Source of the DNA: an uncultured Bacilli bacterium
Lineage (GTDB): Bacteria > Bacillota_I > Bacilli_A > RF39 > UBA660
Assembly: GCA_910587775.1 (NCBI GenBank)
Contig: CAJUNF010000005.1
Location: 1 to 58,596 of the forward strand
Length of the DNA: 58,596 bases
Direction: 5' to 3'
Shown: piece after piece, positions 7,051 to 17,700 of the stretch
Layout of the letters: each line of letters starts with the position of its first letter
How positions within the stretch are numbered: position 1 is the stretch's first letter
Program-made: the position numbers and the translations under genes
Notes under the pieces: model-generated
Told to the model about the DNA's origin: nothing
What the model saw: only the letters and a program-made list of their open reading frames with translations
The model's database searches: none

Positions 7051-10000
7051 AAGAACTACAATTGTTTTTGAATCTTTTTCTACTCCATCAATTATTAATT
7101 TGATAACCATTCCAGTTCCAACATATTCATCTTCTGCTATTTCTGTGATTCCATCTTCTTGATAAATGAATAGTTTGCTGTTTTCATTATCTAATTGATC
7201 TTTTAGTTCTGAAGGAGCGATTTCATCTGTAACAGATAAAATATAATCATCGTTAATTGTATGACCAAATGTTATAGAAGTAATTTTTTCTTCTACTACG
7301 TCGGCACGATTTATTTTCACCACATAAGTTTCACTATTTCCATCTTCCGCTGTGACAACGATAGTAACTGAAGTTTCTCCAACTGGTAAATTATCTAGTG
7401 TTTTGGTACTTCCTGAAACATAATCTTCACCATTTATTTTGATGAGAGCACCACTATGTTCTGAAGTGACAATGAAATCTACAGTATCTAAATCATTTGA
7501 TAAATCTACCGTATATTCATACACTTCTTTACCAAAGCTTGGAGTAAGTGTTCCTTCTGAAACCGTTATATTACTTAAGAAGGCGTTATTACTTGGTGTT
7601 TTGGTATAAGCAATTTCATAAGTTGTTTTAGTAGTGTTATCTTCTGCTGTTACTTCTACTAAAATAGTTCCACTCGTATTTGGTAGTGTCACTTCATTAC
7701 TTACTTGTTCTACTCCATTTACAAAGTATTTGATATTTGCTTTCGTATCTTTTTTGGTTGCTACAATATTTAATGAAGCTAAGTTATATGGAATTTCTCC
7801 TATACTATAGTGATTATCTAGAGCTGTACCAAAATTTGGAGTTAAAGCATATTCTTTTGAAGTATCTATTACATCAAAAACTTTTAAATCTGTAAGATCA
7901 GATTCTGTACTAGCAGTATAATCTGCTCTTTCAATATCGATAGTATATGTTTTTTCAGTCCCATTTTGAGCTGTTACTATAATCGTTACAGTTGTTTTTC
8001 CAACTGCTAAATTATTAAACATTTTAGTTAATATTTCATCCCCATTTATCGTAACAGTTGAAGTATTATCTTCTTTTGAAACATCTAAACGAACACTATC
8101 TAAATCATTTGGAATACTAATTTTATAAGATGTTACTTCAGGTTTAAAAGGTTCACTTAAACTTAATGCATTATTGAATACATCAAAAGCTTCTAGTTTT
8201 GATAAGTTATTGTTATTTGAATTTACTTTTGTGTAGTTAATTGTATAAGTTTTTGTCGTAATGTTATCTGCTGCTAATACTCTTACTTCGACATTTTTTG
8301 CACCTAGAGTATTATCAAGGGTAATATCACAAGTAGTGTTATTATGACAAGCTGTAATTTCATTATTATCATAAAAATATGTAATGGTTGCATTTGTATT
8401 TGTACTTCCAGCATTAACTACTAATTTGTTTACAGATTTTAAAATATTTCCAATGCTATAAGTATCTTTGTCACTTTCAAATGGTACTTCATTTGTTCCA
8501 TCTGTAAATGGATAATCAACTACAGATAAAGTACTTAGAGTTGCAACATTTGATGCAGCAACTTCTACAACAAAATTGTAGGTTTTAGTTGGTGCATTTT
8601 CGTCTTCTGGATGAACTGTTAATGTTACACTTGAAGTGGTATCTACTTGATAAGTATTGTTTCCATCTACATTTGCTAAACTATGGTTTGGAATACCTTC
8701 AATTGTAAACTCTGTAGTTCCAAACGGAACAATAATTGTATAGTTTTCATCATTTGGATTGAAGGTTTCTTTTAATGTAGCACCGTTTAAGTTAACTGAT
8801 TTTAATAGTGCATCTGTTGATTTAGGCTTATTAATTTCTAAGTAATAAGTAAGCTCTGTTCCATCTTCTGCTGTTACTAAAATAGTATAAGTATTTTTTC
8901 CTGATACTAAAGTTAAGTCTTCATCTAGAGTTACTGTAGAGTTTTCATCTTCGGCAGTTGCTGTTATATCACTTTTTAATATTTTTTCTGTTGTTTCAGT
9001 AACGTCTATTGTGTAATGAAATGTATTTTTTAAATCTAATGCTTCATTTATTGTTTGATTTAATACTTCTAAATTACTTAAATATGCATTACTACTCTTT
9101 TCTCTTTCGATATTAATTTGATATGTTAATTTTGTTTTTCCATCTTCTGCAAGAGTTTCAATTCCAATCACATTATTTCCTGTTTTTAAGTTATGAGTTT
9201 TAATGCCACTTACAATAGATGCATCTGTATCAGTAAGTTCTGCATTTAAAATTAATGTTTTCGTTTCATTTGAAACTTTTGGAATGGTGTATTCAAATAA
9301 ATTATCTTGTAAGGTAATTTCTGATTCAATATCTGTTTCACTAAATTTATATGTTAATTTCTTTAATGTAGCATCTGTTTTAGGTAATTTGGTTACTTCA
9401 ACATAATATTTTTGTTCTGCACCAGATTCACTTGTAATAGTAAATTCTTTTGTCACAACGCCTTTGTTTGAAATAGTGTATGTATCTAGAGTACCTGCAT
9501 CAACACCAAGATATGTAATGGTTGCTAACGCACTATCTGAGATTGCTTCAAATTTTATTTTATCCACTGTTCCAGGAATAGTTACTGAAAAACGATTTCT
9601 TTCATCTGCATGACCTGTAACAGTAAATTCATTTTCTTCTAAATCTTTTATTTTTAAAGATTTCAAACTATTGATACGACTTTGCTCTCTTATAATATTT
9701 AAAGCATAAGTTATTTGAGTTCCATCTTCTGCCATTACAACAATATTAAATGTTTCATTAGAACTTGCTAGTGTGAATGTTCCTAGTCCACTTATAATAT
9801 TTTGATGAGATTCTCCAATTTCTGCAGCAATTTTAATATCAGTAGTAGATACTGGTACACTTACACTGTAAGTAATGATGCCATCTGCAAAAGATGGTGT
9901 CCATGAACCAATATCAGTATCGTTATCTGGATTTAAAATACTAATTGATTTTAGGTATGCATTATTACTAAGTTCTCTTGTAATTTTCATTGTGTATTCT

Positions 10001-13000
10001 TTTGTTGTTCCATCTTCTGCTGTTACTGTGAATTTATGAGTGTTTACATTGTGATTTATTTCATCATCCGTTTTTAATGTGGTTTCATTCATTGAGACTT
10101 TAGCAGGTGTATCAGTTGTAGATGGAAGTGTTGGTACAGTTACTTTAACATTTGTACTGTTTGCGACATTTACTTTATTTGGAACAGTTATTTCATATAA
10201 TTCATCAGTACTATTCCAAGTAGCTATATGATCTACCCCATCATAATTCATAGAAACTGCATTATCTTTAAGTGTTACTTCACTATTTGCTTTTCTAGTG
10301 ATATTAATCGTGTAATCTTTATAAATAGTTTTGTTATGTGCAAATGATCTAATCACAAAAGTATTGGTATAGATATCTCCACTATCATAAGTAGTACCAT
10401 GATAAATTGTTTCAATTGTTTTATTTCCTGTTCCACTTATTGATCCATTTTCTGTATCCATATGAGTTGCATCAAGTAAAATGCTTGTAACATTATTTTC
10501 AAACATATTTAAATTATATACATAATTGGTATCATTAACATCTTTACTTGGATCAGCATCAAAACTTGTTCCATTTAAGTAATCATCAATTGAATTACCA
10601 TCAATTGTAATCATTGATAACCTTGGCTCAGTATTATCTTCTCTTATGATTGTTAAGTTATAAATTTTAGGTTGATTGTTTTCTGATGTAACTGTAATTG
10701 TTACTAGATTTGAACCATATTTTAAGTCTGTTACATCAAAAGTAATATCACTTGATGCAGCACCTGTATATTTATTACTTGTTATTGTTGAGGTACCATC
10801 TTGTGCTTCGGCATGAATTTTGATGGTTGTTTGAGTACTTGGTACTGTAATACTACGATTTGGATTTACTTTATCAGAACCTAAAATATCTGTTAAGGTT
10901 TCACTATTTGCATTTGTTTCTAATTTTTCTAGTAAGTTATTTGATGATTGTAAGCGTTTTACTGTTACTGTATATTTTTTTGTTGTACCATCTTCTGCTG
11001 TTACTGTTAATTCTTTTACTTGAATAGAATCTATAGATGAAGAAGACATTGTGTATTTTGTTTCATTTACTGGGCTTACTGTAGCAGATTCTGGTAATAC
11101 TGCTTCTAAGCGATATGCGCTTGTTCCTGTTGGAACCTCAATTGTACAATTCGTATTAGATTGAAATTCACAGAATCTTGTTGATACAGTATCTTCTCCT
11201 AAAAATAAATTTACACGAGTTAGAGTATTATTATTCGACTTTTTTCGCGTAATAATAATTTGATAATTTTTAGTTTCTCCTGATTCAGAAGTTACTAAAA
11301 AATCAAACGTATTATCATTTGTAGTTGAAAGATTAATTGTCCCAGTTGTAATTGGAGTAGCTAGTGATGTTGTTTCATTTAAAGTTACAGAAATATCACT
11401 CCAAGAAAGGGTTTTAACGTTATTTTCTACTTCTACTTTGTAAGTGCTATTAGTTGTATCGCTAGGATCTAGTGTTGCATTTATATTATGAACTGTTACT
11501 TTATTTGTATCAGTATTATTATTTGCTTCTTTATAAGTTTTTAAAGTATAAATTTTATTTGCACTTCCATCTTGTGGAGTTACCGTTATTTTAAATGTAT
11601 ACTCATAAACTTTTTTACCATTATCATCTGAAATTAGTTGTTTGTTTGTAAAACTTGTTAAATCAATAGTACCAATATCACCAGTAACTGTTGCAAATTC
11701 ATCAGTTTTGTCATATTCAATTGTTGCACTTGTAGTATTGTATGAAAGTGGTGAGGTTTTTGTAGTTAATTCATAACTAAATGTATCTTTATTAAATCCT
11801 GTGATAGCACTTGGAGCTGAGCCATTAAAACCAACACGAATTGCATCTAAAGATGCAATACTAGAACGTTTTCTAGTTACTGTAATTATATAATCAAGAG
11901 GTTGTCCATTTTCTGCTACAACACGAACTGTTATGGTATTAGCTCCAAATTGTAAATTAGTATTTCCACTAATTGTAATTCCTTTATTGGTTTCATCAGA
12001 TGCTTCTGCGTTTACTGTAACACTTGTTACATCAGAGTCTACTTCTGCTGTGTAAGTTGTTTTTGTAGGTTCAAATGTTTCTTTTAGACCAGTACCTGGT
12101 GTAATACTTAAACTTTTTAACATATTGTTTGATGAAGTCAAACGTGTAAAGTTCACTGTATATAAACCTGTTGTACCATCTTCTGCCGTAACAATAATTC
12201 CTACTTTTTTGGTATTTTTATTAAATGTATTTGTTGCTGTATTTAATGTTTTGGTACTATTATCTATAGTATCAGAAGTACTCATATCAATAATGCTTAC
12301 AGATGCTTTATCTGTATCTAAAACTGTTGCTTTAATGGTAATATCTCCAACATTTGCAGGATATGTATATGTATAATCATTGAAGGTATTTACAAAATTT
12401 GGAGTAAATTGACCACTTGGAGTTGATGAAATTTCTAATCCATTTATTGTTGCTAGTTTTGTTTCATTTGATAATCTATGAATGTTAATAATGTATTCTT
12501 TTTTAGTTACATTATCTTCACTTAATACAGTAACAATAATTTGATTATCACCTATTTTTATATTTTGTGTACCAGTACCAGTTGTAATACTATTTAAAGT
12601 ATCAGAAAGAGTTGCAGTTACTACAACACTTTCTTTATCTGCTGAAACATTAGGTAATGTAAATTCTTTCTTATCTGGATCATTTATAGGATCAAATCCT
12701 GGTACTGTTACACCATCTACTTCAAGTGAAGCTAAATTTACGTTTTTAGATGGAGCAGTACGAATGATTTCAAAAGGATAAGATTTTGTTGTACAATTTC
12801 CATTTCCAGGAATAGATGCATATTCTGCTTTACATTCTTCTGATTTCACTAAAATTGTATAATTGTTCGTTGTATCTGTGTTACCATTTGAGTTAATTGT
12901 CCAAGACCCAATTGGAGCATCTAAAAAAGCATTGGCATCTGTTAAAGTTACGGTGATATCAGAAGATGCTGTTTTATAAGGAACAGTAATCGAATTTGCA

Positions 13001-14079
13001 GTATCATTGATATTATTAAATGCTATTCCATTGGTTCCTGTTACACTTGTAATAGAGGTATCGTTAGACAAACGTTTTACATTTATTTTGTAAATGGTTG
13101 TATCTCCAGATTCTGCTGTAACGACAATGTTAATGGTGTTATCTCCTACGTTTAGCGCATGTGTACCTGGATTATCTCCACTTGGAGTTTCAAGTGGTCC
13201 ACTTAAGACATTCATATTGGTAATATTTTTGACACTAGCATCCGTTGGTGTACCACTTAAGACGATAGAATCGACGGCATTTGGTACAGCAAAGGAATAT
13301 TCTAAATCTGTATCTGAATCTGGAACAAAGCTAAATGGATAATCTAAATTATTACTTCCTGTTGCAGTTAATGTATTTAGTGTTCCAATTTTAGAAACGT
13401 TAGATGCTACAGTTAAAACTAAGTCATTAAATGTAGCATCACCTTTGATTTCTATATTTTCTGGATTTGATAAAGTTGCCATCGTTTTATCAAAAGAAAT
13501 GGTAATATTTTCTCCAGATGAAACATTTTCTGAGACTGTATAGTATAAAGCTAGGATAGTTCCTTCTTTTACTAGTGGTGTTTCTACTTGATCGTCCATA
13601 ATCTCTGAAACAGCACTTTCTAATCCATTTTTATTTAAGAATGTTGGATCTGATATGGTCCAAGCTGTTCTTGTTGAACTTCCACTCTTTAACGGAAAAA
13701 TGGCGTTTGGATTTTTACTTGAAGCTGGTGAATCATTTAAATTATATAAATTTGTATTTAAGCTAATTTTGGAAGGGTCTGAATCTATTTTTAGTCTCAT
13801 ATACACTAGTTCTGAGTCACTAGATGGTCTAATGTGAAGAAGAACCATTATCTTCATTCCTTTTTCAACTTGGGAATTTGTAATTAGATATTGGTCTAAA
13901 TCGCCATCTAATGCTCTTTCAAAGCATTCAAATGCAGCATCTTCTGAATCCATACAAGTTTCACTTGTTACATTGTATGGAACAAAACTATAGTCATAAC
14001 TTGCAGCATTTACATTTTTTATGCCTAAAGCCATTCCTAATATAATTCCTAATACAATTATTATTTTGTTTTTTTTCAT
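6847..14079 (-). CDS. Giant secreted protein (2,410 aa): signal peptide, about 200-aa N-terminal beta-rich module, about 22 cadherin-like repeats, X-like module, C-terminal dockerin
   Basis: ORF track 6847-14088. The 14088 start is a GTG within the SD (AGGAGTG). The ATG at 14079 gives MKKNKIIIVLGIILGMALGIKNVNAAS. The body is made of repeats of N..L.SL......L.P.F......Y...V.........A.......I.G...L..G.N...I.VTAEDG....Y.I.(I/V).R. The tail is GDVNGDGIIDPLDSGKIINHYL...GDINIDGEIDPLDSGKVINHYL. A TGtTATAAT extended -10 element lies at 14118-14126 upstream. Confidence 0.9.
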   Translation of the reverse strand: MKKNKIIIVLGIILGMALGIKNVNAASYDYSFVPYNVTSETCMDSEDAAFECFERALDGDLDQYLITNSQVEKGMKIMVLLHIRPSSDSELVYMRLKIDSDPSKISLNTNLYNLNDSPASSKNPNAIFPLKSGSSTRTAWTISDPTFLNKNGLESAVSEIMDDQVETPLVKEGTILALYYTVSENVSSGENITISFDKTMATLSNPENIEIKGDATFNDLVLTVASNVSKIGTLNTLTATGSNNLDYPFSFVPDSDTDLEYSFAVPNAVDSIVLSGTPTDASVKNITNMNVLSGPLETPSGDNPGTHALNVGDNTINIVVTAESGDTTIYKINVKRLSNDTSITSVTGTNGIAFNNINDTANSITVPYKTASSDITVTLTDANAFLDAPIGSWTINSNGNTDTTNNYTILVKSEECKAEYASIPGNGNCTTKSYPFEIIRTAPSKNVNLASLEVDGVTVPGFDPINDPDKKEFTLPNVSADKESVVVTATLSDTLNSITTGTGTQNIKIGDNQIIVTVLSEDNVTKKEYIINIHRLSNETKLATINGLEISSTPSGQFTPNFVNTFNDYTYTYPANVGDITIKATVLDTDKASVSIIDMSTSDTIDNSTKTLNTATNTFNKNTKKVGIIVTAEDGTTGLYTVNFTRLTSSNNMLKSLSITPGTGLKETFEPTKTTYTAEVDSDVTSVTVNAEASDETNKGITISGNTNLQFGANTITVRVVAENGQPLDYIITVTRKRSSIASLDAIRVGFNGSAPSAITGFNKDTFSYELTTKTSPLSYNTTSATIEYDKTDEFATVTGDIGTIDLTSFTNKQLISDDNGKKVYEYTFKITVTPQDGSANKIYTLKTYKEANNNTDTNKVTVHNINATLDPSDTTNSTYKVEVENNVKTLSWSDISVTLNETTSLATPITTGTINLSTTNDNTFDFLVTSESGETKNYQIIITRKKSNNNTLTRVNLFLGEDTVSTRFCEFQSNTNCTIEVPTGTSAYRLEAVLPESATVSPVNETKYTMSSSSIDSIQVKELTVTAEDGTTKKYTVTVKRLQSSNNLLEKLETNANSETLTDILGSDKVNPNRSITVPSTQTTIKIHAEAQDGTSTITSNKYTGAASSDITFDVTDLKYGSNLVTITVTSENNQPKIYNLTIIREDNTEPRLSMITIDGNSIDDYLNGTSFDADPSKDVNDTNYVYNLNMFENNVTSILLDATHMDTENGSISGTGNKTIETIYHGTTYDSGDIYTNTFVIRSFAHNKTIYKDYTINITRKANSEVTLKDNAVSMNYDGVDHIATWNSTDELYEITVPNKVNVANSTNVKVTVPTLPSTTDTPAKVSMNETTLKTDDEINHNVNTHKFTVTAEDGTTKEYTMKITRELSNNAYLKSISILNPDNDTDIGSWTPSFADGIITYSVSVPVSTTDIKIAAEIGESHQNIISGLGTFTLASSNETFNIVVMAEDGTQITYALNIIREQSRINSLKSLKIKDLEENEFTVTGHADERNRFSVTIPGTVDKIKFEAISDSALATITYLGVDAGTLDTYTISNKGVVTKEFTITSESGAEQKYYVEVTKLPKTDATLKKLTYKFSETDIESEITLQDNLFEYTIPKVSNETKTLILNAELTDTDASIVSGIKTHNLKTGNNVIGIETLAEDGKTKLTYQINIEREKSSNAYLSNLEVLNQTINEALDLKNTFHYTIDVTETTEKILKSDITATAEDENSTVTLDEDLTLVSGKNTYTILVTAEDGTELTYYLEINKPKSTDALLKSVNLNGATLKETFNPNDENYTIIVPFGTTEFTIEGIPNHSLANVDGNNTYQVDTTSSVTLTVHPEDENAPTKTYNFVVEVAASNVATLSTLSVVDYPFTDGTNEVPFESDKDTYSIGNILKSVNKLVVNAGSTNTNATITYFYDNNEITACHNNTTCDITLDNTLGAKNVEVRVLAADNITTKTYTINYTKVNSNNNNLSKLEAFDVFNNALSLSEPFKPEVTSYKISIPNDLDSVRLDVSKEDNTSTVTINGDEILTKMFNNLAVGKTTVTIIVTAQNGTEKTYTIDIERADYTASTESDLTDLKVFDVIDTSKEYALTPNFGTALDNHYSIGEIPYNLASLNIVATKKDTKANIKYFVNGVEQVSNEVTLPNTSGTILVEVTAEDNTTKTTYEIAYTKTPSNNAFLSNITVSEGTLTPSFGKEVYEYTVDLSNDLDTVDFIVTSEHSGALIKINGEDYVSGSTKTLDNLPVGETSVTIVVTAEDGNSETYVVKINRADVVEEKITSITFGHTINDDYILSVTDEIAPSELKDQLDNENSKLFIYQEDGITEIAEDEYVGTGMVIKLIIDGVEKDSKTIVVLGDVNGDGIIDPLDSGKIINHYLERTELLNAYAIAGDINIDGEIDPLDSGKVINHYLERSFIHPRPIE
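7305..13395 (-). repeat. Intragenic array of about 22 cadherin-like beta-sandwich repeats
   Basis: About 2,030 aa with a period of about 88-95 aa. Each unit ends ...VTAEDG(T/S)..(K/T)Y.(I/V).(I/V).R. The units are diverged from one another at the DNA level. Confidence 0.75.
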
Positions 14080-14154
14080 AATATACACTCCTATATCATA
14101 TTCACCCTATTGTCGTCATTATAACATATTTATTTTTATTATTCTATTTATTTT

Positions 14155-14346
14155 TTAATTTACTGTGTCTATTTTCATTTGCATGTATCTTTGTAGTTTT
14201 ACACGGTCTGGTCCTGTTACTTCTTTATCATTTGTTACATCTGCTGCTATCATTTCTATTTCTTCTAATTCTACTTTCATTTGCATGTATCTTTGTAGTC
14301 TTACTCGGTCTGGTCCTGTTATGTAGCCATCTCCTGTTAAGTCTCC
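14155..14346 (-). other. Dockerin module (sequence class C)
   Basis: Duplicated segments GDLTGDGYITGPDRVRLQRYMQMK / ADVTNDKEVTGPDRVKLQRYMQMK; more divergent than classes A and B. Confidence 0.6.
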
Positions 14347-14700
14347 TTTTACTACTATGATTAGTTCATCATAACAAACACCTTCTACGATGAGTTTTAT
14401 TTTCATGAATGTTGATGCTATCATAGTTTCTTTATCTACTTCGTTTCCTTCTTTATCGTAGACATATAATGTAGTAGCTTCATTTTCAAAATGATTTAGA
14501 TAGTCTTTTAGTAAAATACCTGGTTCAGACCCATAAGTATATTCTAGTTTACTTCCATCTTCTTTTTCTTTTCGCTCTATTTGATAGACACTACTTGTTA
14601 TTTTCTTTCTAATTACTTTTACTTCTATACTTGCTTTGATATTTTCATCATAATTACTTACTACATGAATGATAGTTGTTCCATAACCAACACCTGTAAT
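14155..14700 (-). repeat. 546-bp near-identical copy A (3' end of the 2,705-aa gene) of a dispersed direct repeat; partner at 22382-22927
   Basis: Hand alignment at offset 8227 finds 2 mismatches: 14203 (synonymous CGT/CGA) and 14672 (Ile/Thr). Identity drops to roughly 75-80% from 14701 to about 14865, and beyond that only protein-level similarity remains. Confidence 0.9.
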
Positions 14701-17700
14701 CTTTCCATTATTATCTACAGATGCAATTGTTTCATCTTCACTCATCCATTTTACTTCTGTAAATGAAGTATTGATTGGATTTAGAGTATAAGTAATTTGT
14801 TTTAATTCACCAACATCTAGTAAGATTCTTGTTTCATCTGGGATGATACTTTCTAAATCAAAGTTATTATCAATTGTAATATTTAAAGTATATTCTTTCG
14901 AAGTAGCGCCATCTTCGCTTGTCACTTTGATAATAAATTTATTTTCTCCACCACTTATTTCTACTGTTGCATTTATATCTTGCGGTGTAGGCAAAATATC
15001 ACTTGCAGTTACCGTCATGGTATTTGGAATCATCCAATTATAGGTGAAGTTTTCAGAGGCAAAACTATTTTCTAATTTACCTTGTTTTACTTCTAAGTTA
15101 TCTAATAGAGCATTACTTCCCTTTTCTCTTGTTACCAGTATTTTATAAGTTTGTTTGGTAAATCCATCTTTCGCTGTTACAGTGATGATAAATTCATTGG
15201 TATTAGTCGTTGATAATTTTAAGCTTTCACTTAATTTAATCGTTGCAGATTCATCTTGTGGTGTTGCAATGATTTCACTTGGTAAGAGAACTTTTTTACT
15301 ATTTGGTACTGTTAGGTGATATTCGAAAGTATCTGCATCAAAGTCTTCTATAAATGGATAATCTGTTACTTCTAGGAAAGATAATTTTGCATTGTCTTCT
15401 CTATTTTTATTGATTGTAATCGTAATCGTTCTAGTATCGCCATTTTCTGCTTCAATTACAATTTCTCTTGTACTGGTACCATCTGGTACTATTTTGGCAT
15501 CTACTCCTGTTACTTTCGCAAATTCTTGTTCGGTAATAACATCAAAGGATAACACAGAAGCAGAACTATCTAAATTGATTGTATAGGAAGTTTCTTCATA
15601 AGAAAAAGATGGTTCTAACTCTCCAATACTTGGAATTAAGCTAATTAAATGATTGTTATCACTAGATTCTCTGGTAATATGAATCGTAATATTTTTTGTT
15701 TCTCCAGCTTCACTGGTTACAGTTAGAACAAAGTCATTTAATCCTGCGTGAAGGTCTTTTTCTCCATCACCAGTAACGGTGGTTGGTTCAGTGATTTCTG
15801 CATCAATCGTAACATTCGTTGTTCCAATTGGAACATTTACATTGTATTCTAAGGTATCAGGATTAAATGTTGGATCTAATTCATAAGTGGTCATACCACT
15901 TCGAACTACTAAATTATTTAAAGATAATATATCACTAGGTGCACGATTTACGGTGACATAATATTTTCTTATGACTCCAGTAGTAGAAGTGACTGTAATT
16001 ACTATCTTGTTCTCCCCTACATTTAGTTCATATTCTCCAAGTCCTGTTACGGTGGCACTGGTATCACTAGACTCTCCAAAGATCTCTATGTTGCGAATGT
16101 TATTTGTAACATCAAGAGAATACTCTAGTGTTTTCTTGTCAAAGCTAGGAGTTACATCTCCTTCTGAGGTATATAAGTAATCTAAGAAGGTTGTAGCATA
16201 TTTTTGTTTTGTAACATTTAAGGTATAGATTTCTTTTGTTTGATTATCGGAAGCAGTAACTTCAATAGTGATGGTATTATCCCCTACTACTAAACTTTCA
16301 TTTCCTGTCACTTTGTAAGTTGCATTTGCATCTTTGGGAATGATTGTTAAGTCTAGAGTATCGGTTTCATAATTCACTAATAAATCATAGTGATTGATAT
16401 ATGGGTTAAATTCAAAAGGATAATTTTTTATTTTTAAGTCTTCTAGTAAAGCACTCGAAATACTTTTTCTAGTTACATTTAGGGTAATGGTGTTTGTTGT
16501 ACCATCTTCGGCTGTAACAATAATGAAAACAGTATTATTTCCTACTTCTAAATGATTCTCTTTGATTTCATAAGTAGAAGAATCACTTTCTAACATCACT
16601 GTTACATCTAACTCTTCTTCTTCGTTTTCTACCACTACATCATAAGTACTTACGTGAGTATTGAATTCTGGGGTCATGGTACCATTATGAACGATTAAAT
16701 CTGATAAATTATTGATATTATTTTCTTCTTTGGTTAGTAAAATGGTATAAGCTTTTTTGGTTCCCATTTCACTAGTAACCTCAACAATTAACTGATTTAA
16801 TCCGACATTTATTGTTTTCGTACCAGTTCCTGTTATCACTGCAGTATCACTTTCTGCAGTAGCTTCAATCATCACACTATTTACATCATTTGGAACTGTT
16901 AAGGTATATAAAGTTACTCCTTTATTAAATTCTGGAGAAAGTGTGTATCCTAGTACTTCTAAGGATGCTAAGTTGTTATTTTTATTCGGATTTTTCGTAA
17001 CATGAATGGTGTAATCTTTTTTCGAAATTCCATCTGGTGCAGTTACTTCGATTATTACTTCATAATCTTTATTTTCTGTAAATTGATTGCCGATAATTTG
17101 ATAGTTCGCATCTTTTTCCATTGGAAGAATGGATTCAAAATCTAATTCTTTTTTGGTCGTTGTCGTTGTGTAAGAATAAGTATCTGTATCAAAGTTTGGA
17201 CTTAGCATATCATCTTTTAGAGATAAATTTTTTAATCTAGCATCATCACTTGGCGCACGTGTTACAACAATTTGATAGTCTCTTATTTTTCCTTCGGTAC
17301 TTAATACACGAATTAAAATGGTATTTTTGCCAACTTCTAGATGATAATCACCATTTCCACTTACTACTGCTTCGGTATCTTCACTCGTTGCAGTAACATG
17401 AATCGTAGTTGTTTGATATGGAACTGATACTTCATAATATTGCAGTTCTTTTTTGAATTCAGGATCTAATGAGCCATGATCTATTATTAAGCTAGCTAGG
17501 TAATCACTACCACTCACACTTTCTTGACGAGTTACAATTACAGTATAATCTTTGGTTTTTTGTGATTCACTCGTAACTCGAATGGTAACGGTGTTTTCTC
17601 CTACTTCAAAGGAATCGTTATTGATGATTTCAAAGGTAGCGTTTTCATCTTCTGTTTCAATATGGAAAGACCCTTTTAATACTTCGTATGGAACTGAAAC

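Noticed and set aside
14155-14700. The 546-bp near-identical repeat pair as the ends of a mobile element or composite transposon
   Set aside because: Both copies are in-frame 3' ends of paralogous genes, starting exactly at the stop codon. Homology continues at decreasing identity into the coding regions. No transposase or inverted repeats are present. Gene conversion between tandem paralogues explains the pair.
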